Of a DNA stretch of 64,000 bases, positions 36,112 through 48,129 are shown one piece after another; the first letter of the stretch is position 1, and the number at the start of each line of letters is the position of its first letter. The notes under the pieces were generated by a model that saw nothing but the letters and a program-made list of their open reading frames with translations, was not told where the DNA came from and did no database searches. Location: NCBI RefSeq assembly GCF_011386835.1, contig NC_088809.1:9672001-9736000 (forward strand), read 5' to 3'. Source of the stretch: Chrysemys picta bellii (lineage: Eukaryota). The position numbers and the translations under genes are program-made.

Positions 36112-39100
36112 TAAAAAATGCCCTGGGGCTGGGGTGGGGGGGCATGCACCAACCCCTATCCCCTTTGTATGTACCCTCAAGGAATATACGTAACTAACTG
36201 AAGCATCCGTCCGCGTGATGGTTTTGTAGCCAATATTGCCAGCCCCAAGCACGCCAATATCATTAGTCTGGCCAAAAGGATTAATGAGATTGGCCAAACA
36301 TTAATGGGACTTAATATTAAATGTTGGGTTCTTTTTATTTGCTTTCCTACGTTGGAGCCTTTCAGGTTCCCGTTTCCAGCCTTCCCGTTGTAATGGGGGG
36401 AAAAGGGGGGAGGGGAATGGAAGTTGGATGTGCCGAGATTCTTGTGTTGTTTCATTCCCGGAGCCGGGGCTTTAAAAAGTACAACGCCAATCTTTTATCT
36501 AGCACTTTTCATCAGTAGCACTTTTGATTTCCAAGTGCTTCACAAAGTGTGTTAAGGAACATGCTAAGTACGGTGAGACTTATGGTAACTTCATGAGAGT
36601 TGGCAACTGTTCTCCCCGCTTCCCCTCATTGTTTGTCATTGTTGTTCATTAGCTGTATTGCAGTAGTGGCTAGGAGTCCCACTCCTGGACCAGGGCCCCG
36701 TGGTGCTAAACAGTAAACACCTGGAACAAAAACGATGGTCCCTTCCCCAAAGAGTTTTACAGTGTTTTCAGGGGATGTGTCCTACCGAACAGTTAGCTCG
36801 TTGGGGCCAGGGCCGTGGTTCTCTCCACCTGTGAAGTGGGGCTAAGAATTTTTTGCGTTCCCTACCCCCAAGGGGTATAGTGAGGGTGACCTAGTGTTTG
36901 TAAATGTAAAAGCACAGAGGCACCCATAAACAGAAATATTTTATTTCTCTATAAAGCAGGCCACCTGCAGCGGGTACTTCTCATGGGGGTTCTGAGGATG
37001 CCCTGAAGACGGAAAGTGCTCTCTCTCTTTTTATTTAGAGCAGGGAATTCTTAGATTCCCTTTTAACTCTCCCCACACCTCTTACCTTGCAGATAAATTC
37101 CTGATTGTTCAGTCATGATTTTCTCTGCAATCTGTAGCCAAACCTGGGGAAAGGTCTCTCTTTTGCCACCCTACGAATATGCAATAAAGTAGTTGCTGAA
37201 ACGTACTGTTAAATATTGTCAGCAGTACCCAGCAGAACTCTCTCCAACAATGTACTGATTTCATTCTCTGGTCAAACTATTACTAGCAGTACTACCTAGC
37301 GCTTATACAGTGCATTTCATCCAGAGATCTCAACATGCTTTACAAAGGAGGTCAGCAGCATTATCCACACTTTACAGATGGGGAAACTGAGGCACGGAGG
37401 TGAAAATGACTTGCATAAGGTCAGCCAGTAGGTCTATGGTAGAGCCAGGAATTGAAGGCCAGTCTCCTGAGTTCCAGTCCAGTGCTCTATTGACTGGGCC
37501 GCGCTGCCTGCCAATAAGTATTCTTTCCTACAAATAAATTCTTAATACGAATAGGAGATCTGGTTTCAGTTCCTGGCTCTGCCACTGACTTTGGACAAGT
37601 TACTTCTCTTTCCTGTGGGTAGTTTTCCCACTGTGTAAAATGGAGATAACGATACTGATCTCCATCATCGCTTGAAAGCTTGTCTCTTTCACCAGCAGAA
37701 ATTGGTCCAATTAAAGATATTATCTCCCCCTCCTTTGTAAAGCGCTTTGAGATCTGATGAAAGGCGCTATGTAAGAGCATAGTGGTGGTGTTTGTTGTCT
37801 ATTTAGATTGTAAACTCTTTGGCGGAGGTGCTCTCTCTTGTTACGTGTTTGTACAGGGCCTATCACAATGGAGTCCTGATGTCTGCTAGAGCCTCTCTAG
37901 GTGCTATTGTAATACAAGTGAAAACTAATACACCAGTTTGTCTCTATCTTCCAGCTGCCTACTGGGCTGGACCAAGAGACGGGGAGTGTCCTTTATAATG
38001 CTTAGTTTGCAAATGATGCTGTTTGAATGCTTCTCTTGAGCTGTTTATGATGTGGACTGGGATTTCTTAACTGGAACAATTTCCTGGTGTGAGCTACGAA
38101 ATGTTGTATTATTGTGTGTACAATCTTGCCTCTCTCCTCCCTCACAAGGCAGGAAAGAAGGACAGAATAACAAACTTTTCCTCTTACAGTAAAGACAGTA
38201 ATTGAGGGTTTCCTTGCTGAGTATGGGTGAAGTCTCCTAGCCTACGTCTCTATTAACATGTTAAATCAATGGTATTTGCTCTTATGTGGCTTGACTGGTT
38301 GGCAAACAGGATTTCCCCATTTTACTCTACTCTCTGCTTCGTTGGGAAAAATAATAGTACTAACTGAGACCCTGATTCTGCAATGACATGCAGTCAGGAA
38401 GACCCAGGTAGGGTTCATGGGACTCTGACTGGGTGTGGAGATGTGCCACTCATTGCAGGATCAGACACTTGAATTCTGTCCTTTTCAAAACCTTTATCAT
38501 CACTCTGTCTGAAGGTCTTTAAAGGTGTTTTTATTTAAAGGGACACTCCCTACATTAACTGGGCTTGAAAATTAAATTTTGTAAAAACAAACTTTATGTA
38601 AAAACCTAGGAGTACTTTAATTGATTAAAAAAAAAATCCAAATGAAGCCAATTGATTTTAAATCAGTAGATTTCCCTTCAGCGACTTAAACCTACAAGTG
38701 CGAATGCCGGTAAACAAAAATAAACCTGAATTAACTGATTTTTTCCCCCCAAGATAAGAAATACAAAGCACTGAAATAATTGAGGATGGATTATATAGCA
38801 GCAAAAGCACAGGTCAGGGTATCTGAAATAAGATGGGAGACCTGGGCTTTATTCCCATCCCATTCCTATGACAGACTTCTTAAGTGACCTTGATAAAAGA
38901 TCCTAGAGAAATGAAAGGTATTATTTTGTTCAGTGGTCTTGCCGTGTGACAGTACTCACGCAACCAGGTCTTGGTGGTCACAGCCTAGAGTGATTAATCG
39001 CCTGTAGATCAACAATTGAGATGTGTGATTGCCTGTGATTCATAGTGATCTCTGGGATGCTTGGTTAATGTGATCAGCTAGGAAGCAACTTTGTTTTGTT

Positions 39101-41262
39101 CAGAGGGAGAAAAGAACTTCTGCTTTGTTTTCTAGGACTGTTCGGCTCAAGGTTAAGAATGTTGACAGCGGATAGGAGTGCCAATTAGAGCCAGTTATAA
39201 CCTGACTGACCGGCTTTGGCCTAAAAAATGCTTTGTGGAATTTGCTGTGTCCTTGCAAGCTACAGAGTTTGCTTCCTACTCCCTGTGGATTAATAGAGCC
39301 CGCCTGTAGTGATTACTCAGATACAGCAATCAAAATGGGAAATGATGCTATCAGAGCATTCTTCTATGCCTGTAAAGTCAGGAGTCCTTCAAATCTGTTA
39401 CCATTAAGATGCCGTCTGTAGCTATCAAGAGGTTTTTCTATACCAGATTGATGCTTAGCTCTTTCATGCTGTCTGTATGGTGGTAAAGAACGATACTATT
39501 GGATAGCAAGTTATTTGTACAAGGCCACTGATGCTACAGAGAAGTGAGATGACAAGGAGGAGCTTGCAATCCGGAATGGACAGATAAGTAGACTATGGCA
39601 TAGTGGGAGGGAAGGAAAAAAGATTTAAGCACTGGGAGCAAAGTGCAATTGCTCCTGGGTTCAGCTGAACGCAGTGCAGTCCCCATGAAATCTAAATTCA
39701 AATGTTTCCAGTTAGAGGATTTTGGATCTGACATGTTAGAATTGGCCTATCTTTGCTTTTATTCTTTTGGTTCTATTTCTTGTTTACCTTGTGTTGGGAT
39801 GAGAGAGGTGAGCAGAGGCAAGGGTGGAGCTCAGACTGGATTAGTGACAGGTTAGCTTAGTTTCTCATCTGCACTCATCAGTAAGGGATGTTCCAGCAAA
39901 CAGATCCCAAACAGTTTTCTCCATAGTAGAACTCTAATACAGCATCAGCTACCCTACCTGCTAGGATGCAGCAGGAACAACTATGTCTGTGTAAGGATGT
40001 ACCAAGAAATGGAGTATGGATGGAAAAATGGAACGGCCCAAACAGTGATTACTGGGTTTAATTGTAATCATTGAAAACGGAGACTGCCACAGCTGCTGTA
40101 CAGATTTCCAATTAAAAGAGAAGATCTACAAGCTGTTATTTCAGCTAGCGGAAGTGCAGGAAACTCTCCTATTGTGTAGGATCAGGTCTGAGCAAGACGT
40201 GTAATATCCTTCTGGGAAGCTGAGGGAGAGCAGAGTTCCTGCCACTGCACGGATACGTTCAGACTGCAGTATTTCCCAGTGAGTTCAGGTTTGATTGATG
40301 GCTAAGCTTTGCAAAGTCCAGAAAAGCTTTATTTGGCTAAATGGGGTGGAAGCGCCGTTATTTTCAATTGATCATTTGAAATAAGCTGCAGAGTTTTGTC
40401 TCGTATTGAAAAGAGACTCAAAACCAAATTTTTTTTGGCACAGGCTCCTTTGTTAAACACATACCGAACGCCAGGCCTGATTATTTTCTCATGACTTTGT
40501 TGTGAGGAAAGAGCTCATTTCCCGACACATTTGTAATTAGGCATGCACTCAAACCTTGACGTTGAAACTCAGAGAATTGTTCTATAGTTTCCCTATTTCA
40601 GTCCTTCATTCAGCCTTTCAGTTATGTCTGCTAATAATACCTTGCCTTTCTTATCAAAGTGGTTTATAAACATACATTAAGACCAGCAATGTTCCTGGCT
40701 GGCTACTAAAATAAAGTCCAAATTCTGTCTGTTTATCCCCGTCCTCCTTTTTCCCCTTTCTTTTAAACATCTTAGGTGGGATTTTTAAAAGTGCCCTAGT
40801 TCTGCTCCCATTGAAATCAATGGGAGTTGTTATTGTCTTCAGTGAGAACAGTAACAGTGCCAGACCAACACTGAGTTCGGTCAAAAACTGTAGAGCTTGG
40901 CTAATAAAAACCGATGAAGATTCCCTCAGAACTCCGTTGCAGAAGCTACCCAGCGGCTAGGTGTTGGTAACAATCCACCTAGGCTAGCTTTGACGTGGGA
41001 ACCTCAGGGTTAGAGACTGTATCCTCTTAACAGTCCCTTCCCTTCTTTGATGCAGGCTGCATGTTTCATTGCGGACGGTAATTCTAGGCTTCCTCCTTGA
41101 TCTCATCCTCTTCTCCTTGTTTCTAATTCCACCCAGGACTTGAGCGACTTATGACCATTCCTACCCTGCCCTCCCCATCTGGCAATTCGTGACCCCTCCC
41201 CAACCACGGCGGAATCCATCAAGCCAACCCTCTGCAGAGTCGTCATCTACTTGCAGAAGGAG

Positions 41263-41476
41263 ATGTCTGGGGACACGTGCCTGACCACCATCTGCCGATC
41301 TTCAGGAGCCAAGCCCAAAACCTGCAGCTTCAAAGAGGGTAGCCTGGGCAACAAGTATGTGCGGCTCAACGTTGGGGGCTCCTTGTACTATACCACAGTG
41401 CAGGTGCTGACCAGGCACGACACCATGCTGAAGGCCATGTTCAGTGGCAGGATGGAAGTGCTGACTGACAAGGAAG
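41263..41476 (+). CDS. TNFAIP1: TNFAIP1/BACURD2 first coding exon (MSGDTCL...[15 protein letters not shown]...TDKE), BTB domain start
   Basis: ATG at 41263; KCTD BTB signature VRLNVGG; G/GTAAG donor; exon acceptor CCCAG ending 41136. Confidence 0.97.
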
Positions 41477-41519
41477 GTAAGGGAGCACCGACAGGAGCCG
41501 CATGCGTGTCTGAGACTAG

Positions 41520-41806
41520 ACCCAGGTCTACACTAGCGGGGGGGGTCAACCTAAGATATGCAACTTCAGCTACACAAATAGCGTAGCTGAAGTCAGCGTA
41601 TCTTAGGTCGACTTACCTGGCCGTGAGGACGGTGGCGAATTGACCGCTGCCACTCCCCTGTCGACTCTGCTTCCGTCTCTCGCGAGCTGGAGTTCCGGAG
41701 TCGACAGGGAGCGCGATCGGGGATCAATTTTACACTAGACGCGATAAATCGACCCCCGATAGATGGATCACTACCCACCGATCCGGCGGGTAGTGAAGAC
41801 CTGTCC
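41520..41806. mobile_element. Non-autonomous DNA transposon (PIF/Harbinger-like MITE) 43 bp into TNFAIP1 intron 2
   Basis: Imperfect TIR CAGGTCTACACTA / TAGTGAAGACCTG, TAG/TAA flanks, internal palindromes, CpG-rich. Confidence 0.75.
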
Positions 41807-44542
41807 TAAGACTCTGTCAATGCATGGGATATAGGCGGAGATTTCTTTTCAAAGGCACCAAGGAGAGTAAACTTCCCCCTTCATTACCAACATTAGTTGG
41901 AACAAGGAATCAGTCGTTCTACTTCTGTCGCAGCTGGTATGTGGATGGCTTACGCTGCTGTCAGGACTGAACATATGCGTGTGGGTTGGCACTCGTATGA
42001 TCTTGTGTAGAGGCATCAATTGATTTGTGGGTAGGGGGGCAGACAAGTGGCAGCACTTTTTATTGTTTTAAGCTCTGACCCGTGTTGCCAAACCCAGGTG
42101 CTGTTTTTTGGTCTCCGTGGCATGTGCTACTTGTTGATTCTGATATTCATATAATTGAATTGAGGTAGCATTTAAAGGCCGCAGTCAGGGCCACATTGTA
42201 CTGTGCACATGGATAATAAAAAAGATTACAGTCTAAACGAGTTTAACTCGGCAGCTTAATTTAAATAGGAGAACAAGGAAGAGCATCCGTATGAGCAGTG
42301 GCCATGAATGCTTTCACATGCCACCTAGCAATGGGCTAGGCCAAACTACATGTTTAGGAGCAGAAAAAATGTGGGCTCAATAGAGTTGTGGAATTATGCT
42401 GAGAGAGAGAGAATATGTCCCTGATTGGGGCCCTCTAGATACACTCGCTCAATACAAATATAAGCAAAAGCAGGAAAAAAATCTATTTGCACATCCCAGG
42501 GAAGAACGATCTTGGGTGTTGAGAGTGTGGGCTTGGGAATGTGGGGATTTGGATTCTAGTCCCTGCTGTGCCATGTATTTATTGTGACTTTGGGAAAGTC
42601 GCTTAACCTCTTGGTATTTCATATTGCTCATTGCACTGGTTAAACTAAAGGGGCGATATTGCACCAGGTTTAAACTAACTCAGTTCAGCTTTGTGTATGG
42701 ATATTGTACTTTGGTGTGAAGCTGGCATATATCAGTGTAGTGTGCCTGTCAAATACTCAGTTTAACTAAATTGCTGTGATAGCATATCTTTAGTGTGTTA
42801 GACCAGATCTGAAAAGGGGAGAGTGATACCACCCTAAGTGTGCAGGGACGTGAATCTGCTAATGTTTGTAAAGCTCTGTGAGATCCAGGTATGGAAGACA
42901 CCGTAGATATCCAAAGTGGTGTTATTGTTGTTCATCCCCTGTTAATGTAAGATATTGACTCATTGCAAATTCTTGCCCTCTTTGCATGTTAACTCCACAT
43001 TAGAACGCCTGCTACGTAAGACAGTTCAGGCGGATGCTTCCTGCTGCTGTTTGCAGCCTACGCGAGCGTTGTTTGATGGCAAGTTCTACATCCTTCTCCA
43101 CAACGAATGAGGCACCTGTGCTGAGTTTTTTCCTGTTCAGTGGCTTTCCTGCATTTCTCCCTGCATATACAGAATGGCCTTTCCCTCACTAGTTTCACTG
43201 GCCTGTTCTATATCTTGGCATCTGTGGAATGCTGCTTTGATTTCTCTCTCAAGAACTGGGAAAGAGGACTGGTGAAACCTCTGCCAAATGCCAGCAGGTG
43301 GTGTGCAGAACTTAGACTCAAATCCATTTAGAATTTGCAAACGCTTTTGGCAAGTCACCTCTAGTTGTTCTGATACTTTCTTAGTACTAAGCTGCCTGGC
43401 AATACTGCATCTGCTTCTCTGCACGGCAATGTACATTGGCAGGAGTCTACCCATCCTTTGTAGAGGGTTAAGGGAAGAGTCATGTATTTTCACTTAGCTT
43501 TTATTATTGAATTATGCATATTTGTTGTAAACACTTGAAGAATATTTAATTGCTTTAAAATATTTGTTATTACACCAGTCCAATAGATCTCTCTTATTGC
43601 TGAACACCTAGATCTTGATATATATATATTCATGTTTGAGCGTATCATGTTCTCTAGGCGCAAAAGTTAAAAATCACAAAATCCATTCCAACAACTTAAA
43701 AAAAAAAATCCAATAGGACTCCCGAAAAGCCTTCCCACCCCAAACTCACTCTCACGACTATTATTTTGGAGTTTGGGTTTCAGGGTTCACTGCATTTCAC
43801 GTGGCTGTACTGTTCGGGCACCATGCAATGTTTCTGTTTGCCCCCTCAACCTCTAGGCAACAGAAATCACTCAGACATGAAGGCAGTAAGAACCAACTTC
43901 TCTGGTATAGCGCTGAGCGTCTTAAAAAAATTGCCCCACGTTTAACAATAAGCATTTTTCTAAGATCTAACTGCCTAAACAGTCAGTTAAACAGAACTAC
44001 TGTAATAGTGCCAATTGGTAACTTCCCATAATATTTAAATGGATCCATGCCCCCAGTTGATTGGAATCTAATGTGGAGAAGACGAGGCACAGAAAACAGT
44101 TCTGGGATGAAAGTGTGTGGATTGATCAGTGCACTAGAAAACAATGCACTAGGATTCTTACGGGGGTTTTTTTTTTTGTCCCTCTTAGTGAAAACCTGAG
44201 TGTTTTCAGATTCTTTCATCTAGGTCTTATTAGGCTTTGGAATCTGCATGGAATCTTTTTCCTTTTGGGAGGTTGGCAGTTGGACCATTGAGAAGAGCAA
44301 TTCCTCTGTCAGTTTCTCTTCTGTGGGCCAGATCTAGCTCCCCTGAAGTCAAAAAAGACTCCCACTGACTACCTTGGGAATTTGGTCAAGCGCCATTGCA
44401 AGAGACACTCGGAAAATGGATTATCCACAGATGAGGCCTGAGAGCTGTTGCACAAGATTCTACGTTTTGCCTCCTTGTTGAGCTGCTGCTTGCCTCCCTT
44501 GGTGCGACGCAGCACTCAAATGTTGTGGTGTTTGTCTTTCAG

Positions 44543-44712
44543 GGTGGATCCTCATAGACCGTTGTGGGAAACACTTTGGTGTGATTTTAAATTACCTCCG
44601 AGACGACACTATTGCGCTTCCAAAAAACAGGCAGGAGATCAAAGAGCTGATGGCAGAAGCGAAATATTACCTAATTCAGGGCTTAGTAGATATGTGCCAG
44701 GCAGCTCTCCAG
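44543..44712 (+). CDS. TNFAIP1: TNFAIP1 coding exon ([21 protein letters not shown]...[19 protein letters not shown])
   Basis: TTTCAG acceptor, CAG/GTAAG donor, 170 nt; BTB motif IDR.G.HF..ILNYLRD. Confidence 0.97.
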
Positions 44713-45159
44713 GTAAGATGTGACAGCAGCCTGAGGTTTTTTCATTTCTAAAAATTATTGGGGATCTACCTTCCATTGTATGTGCTTTAAAAATGCTTGT
44801 ATTTAAATGAGGTACTGGTGCAACTCCAGGGGATGGCTGATATCAGGTCTGAAATATCTAAAATCAGTTTTGGTCCCAATCTGGGTCTCTTTGCAAGGCA
44901 GATAAACTGAGAGACATACCTCTTGCTCTTTTGGATATGAGCTTAAAACCAGGTTGTTCTCTGCTCTGCCTGGACACTAAGTGTTCTGTGATGCTTCTTG
45001 TTAGAGAAGGGATTTGGAATGATAACTAGGGCAAAATATCCCCAGCTAATCCCACTATTTGCTCCTTACTTCCACCCTAGAGGGGGCGGAAGTCTAGCCG
45101 TGCTGAGTGTGTACGTGGCTTGTGAAGCACTTCGGGAATAAGGTGCTATTGCAGCCTAA

Positions 45160-45380
45160 AGAGAGGCAGGATGGTCCAGTGTTTAGAGCCTGCGACTTGG
45201 GAGACCTGAGTTCAAGTCCTTGCCGTGCCATAAACTCCGTGTGACCTTGGGCAAGTCACAGCTTCTCTGGGCCTCTATTCTGTAAACTGGAGATAGTGGC
45301 ATTTCCCTGCCCCCTAGGGGTGTTGAGAGAATTAAAGATTGTGAGATGCTCTGATACTACTGTAAAGGGGCCATGTAAGT
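45160..45380 (+). mobile_element. Ancient MIR/CORE-like SINE
   Basis: TGGTCCAGTG...GAGTTCAAGTCC...GTGACCTTGGGCAAGTCAC...CTGTAAA. Confidence 0.6.
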
Positions 45381-45900
45381 AGATAGACAATAGATTTTGA
45401 CTTTTTTTTAATATATTTTCTACTCAAGAAACCAGTAGTTGGAGCTATAGCTCGTTGTATAAGGAAGCTGGAGTTAGTCTGCTGCAAGCAATAGCTTGTT
45501 GCTTGTACAACAAAGGGTTTGGGTCCATTTCAGCGAGGTGCATTTCTCTCCAGCAAATGTGTGATTCGTGATGACTGATCTACCCTGGGCAGTTGATAAA
45601 ACCGGGCCAAGCATTTTCCCCTGCCCCCTTTTGTCAAAGGGGCTAGAACATCACAGCCCCCGAACACAAACCCACAGCAGGCTCGGAGTCGTTGCCATAG
45701 GTAGGAATGACATCCATTTGCATCCGAATGTTTCAATTGTCACGGCCTTTTGGGGCTAAGGAACATCTCTGCTGTATTTCTGGGTTGCAGATCACGGTAA
45801 TATGGTGGGGTTACTATAGCAACGTCGTGCTCTTTCTCTGCATTGGAGGGCTGGGGAACAGGGCCCACGTTAATTATGTCTCTTATTTTATTTGAACCAG

Positions 45901-45990
45901 GACAAGAAAGACTCGTACGAGCCCGTCTGTAACATCCCCATCATCACGTCTCCAAAGGAAGAAGAGAGGCTCATCGAATCCTCCATGAAA
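45901..45990 (+). CDS. TNFAIP1: TNFAIP1 coding exon ([30 protein letters not shown])
   Basis: CCAG acceptor, GTAACT donor, 90 nt. Confidence 0.96.
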
Positions 45991-46086
45991 GTAACTGCTT
46001 TTCCATCACCACTCACTGCATTTCTGCCAACCTCTTTACAGTACACCACTCACCTGCCCTGCCTTTGTTCTTTTCTCTCCTCACAG

Positions 46087-46139
46087 CCTGTTGTCAAGTT
46101 GCTTTATAACAGGAGCAACAACAAATATTCCTACACCAG
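46087..46139 (+). CDS. TNFAIP1: TNFAIP1 coding exon ([17 protein letters not shown])
   Basis: CACAG acceptor, AG/GTATG donor, 53 nt. Confidence 0.96.
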
Positions 46140-47191
46140 GTATGTCTTGAGTGTTCCACGCGGAGGGTAAAAGTTCCTCGTAAGCTACTGGGGCTGGGTG
46201 TGCAAGGACCTGATTCTCCTCTTCCAGGAGTGTTTCTCCGTGCACCTGAGTGCAGTTACTCTTGATTGACAGAGGATGATCAGGCTCCTTGGGTTGCAGG
46301 GGGAATGCAGCCTGTTAGAGCTCCGCGTGTGGGTGGTGGAGGTGGAGGTGGCTGTCTCTCAAAGTGCTCAGAGAAGCATGACTACTACTAACACTGGCTG
46401 AAGCCAGGTAGAGTAAGGCAATGCAGGGTAAACTTCCACCCCCATGCTGCAATGCTAATGCAGTTGTGACCTGTATCTTCCTCTGCCGTTCGATTCCTTA
46501 GCTCCCGTGCAGCCCTGCTAACCCACCTCGGTCCTGACCTATAACACCCCTAGTTATTCCAGCCCCACCCCTTTTGAAATCAATTAATTACATAGTCGGA
46601 GATGTAAAAGGCAGAGATGTAAAACATATCAGAGCAGGAACTGCCCCTGTACGGCTCTAGCATTAAGGATAGTTGCTCTCCTGGTGTGTCACTGAGGGAA
46701 GAAACAGTGTGTGGTTTGGGTTCTGTGGTGTAACTCTTGTGACACCCCCCCGCCTTCAGTGCCACACCACTGCCAAAGTGGCTCTTGGTTTTCCCAGATC
46801 AGGAGCTTGAAGCAACACAGCCAGCCCTAAGGGCGGGGCACGCACAGAATTTTAGCCATTTGTCTGTTCGTTCTGAGACACGGTCATGGAGGTTTTGTCA
46901 ACCTTCTTGGGTCTCTAGACATGTGTGCTGTTTGTCTGCCAGAGAGACAGCGTCTAACAAACGTGTAACTGCAGGTGGCCACTAGGGAATGCTAGAGAGC
47001 GGCACATCCATCATCCAGCTGGGGTCTGTGTTTTCCGCGGCGCTCCTGGTCATGCTTCCCTTTATTATCCAGTGATGATGCTGCGCTAAGGACAAAATAG
47101 CATATTAGTGAGAAGGGATCTGAAGTCGGAGAGGCACTGATGGGAGCGACAGAAGCCTGGAGCCGTACGCAAGGACGGCTCAGTTAACTTG

Positions 47192-47320
47192 GTGTGCATC
47201 CGAAGAAGTGGGCTGTAGTCCACGAAAGCTTATGCTCTAATAAATGTGTTAGTCTCTAAGGTGCCACAAGTACTCCTGTTCTTTTTACGGATACAGACTA
47301 ACACGGCTGCTACTCTGAAA
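47192..47320 (+). mobile_element. 129-bp Penelope-derived insertion: hammerhead motif (47196-47235) plus tail, 12-bp TSD
   Basis: TSD TCAGTTAACTTG at 47180-47191 and 47321-47332; GCAT-CCGAAGA-A-GTGGGCTGTAGTCCAC-GAAAG-CTT-ATGC. Confidence 0.9.
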
Positions 47321-48129
47321 TCAGTTAACTTGAGCTTCTAATTACTCCTTTTGCGTGGCTTTTTATGCCTTGATGGCAGCAGTATGAGGCCTCTCTTTAT
47401 AGACACTATATCTTATCAGGATAAAAAATATTCTTCCCCGCTCTGCCAATTCTTCCCAATCCTCATCAGTAAAGATCGCTTGCTCATTTACTGTATCAGT
47501 AAGGAGACAATGTGACAGAATGTTTTAGGAGCCAGGACTCCTGGGTTCTTTTTCCAGCTCTGCCACTTGCTCTGTTACCTTGGCAAAACACTTAAAGCCT
47601 CTATTTCCCCACCTATAAAATGGTGACAATTACCCATCATCATGAAAAATACCTACAGAAGAATCTCCAAGGTGCTGCATAAGCACAAAGTATGATTTTT
47701 CTAGGGTTTTAAGGGTTGTCCATTTTACTATGTTGCTTCTACAGCTCTTTTTCTCGCCTGGCTACCTCTCCCTCCCCCTCCAGGTTTGGAGGCCTCTGAA
47801 GTTTGCCCAAGTTAGTTTGGGCTGGGATGATGCAGTGGCTTGGTTTTGCCACAGTATGTCTGAAGACCATTAGCTGAATGCCAGACCAAGACATCCAACC
47901 AATACTAAACGCTGAACTTCGACACTTCTAGGATACGGGGCCAATCGGTCTCGCGCCCCAGAGAGCGGAAGCCTTTGGCCTACGCTATTCCACCTGTCCT
48001 CAGTTTTGATCGCAAATGTTTCTCAGGCCTCTAAAGCAAATATTCACTGCCTTAGAGCCTGCGTCTGCCACCCTTCTCATGGGGAGTGCCTCACTTCACA
48101 GCTAGTCCCACTGGCCTTAGCAGGGCTAC

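Larger units (their letters stand above)
32850..36140. promoter_or_regulatory. CpG-island bidirectional promoter of IFT20 (-) and TNFAIP1 (+)
   Basis: Very GC- and CpG-rich against an AT-rich background; divergent first-exon donors at 33550 (-) and 34595 (+); head-to-head arrangement as in human. Confidence 0.85.

Noticed and set aside
36106-36297. Minus-strand ORF with Rossmann-like IGVLGAGNIG
   Set aside because: TTG start, in-frame stop two codons upstream, no splice context; it overlaps the CCAAT cluster and is probably chance.
43291-43303. CTCF-like motifs (CCAGCAGGTGGTG here; CCACTAGGGGGAG on the minus strand at 10719-10731)
   Set aside because: Each has one core mismatch, and such matches are expected by chance in 64 kb; ChIP data would be needed.
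43137-43493. 118-aa minus-strand ORF in TNFAIP1 intron 2
   Set aside because: No motif or Kozak support and no recognisable protein family.
47068-47144. C/D-box snoRNA-like pattern (GTGATGA ... CTGA with a 4-bp terminal stem)
   Set aside because: No convincing C'/D' pair or recognisable rRNA guide; stem geometry is non-canonical and TNFAIP1 is not a known snoRNA host. A snoscan or Infernal hit would reverse this.
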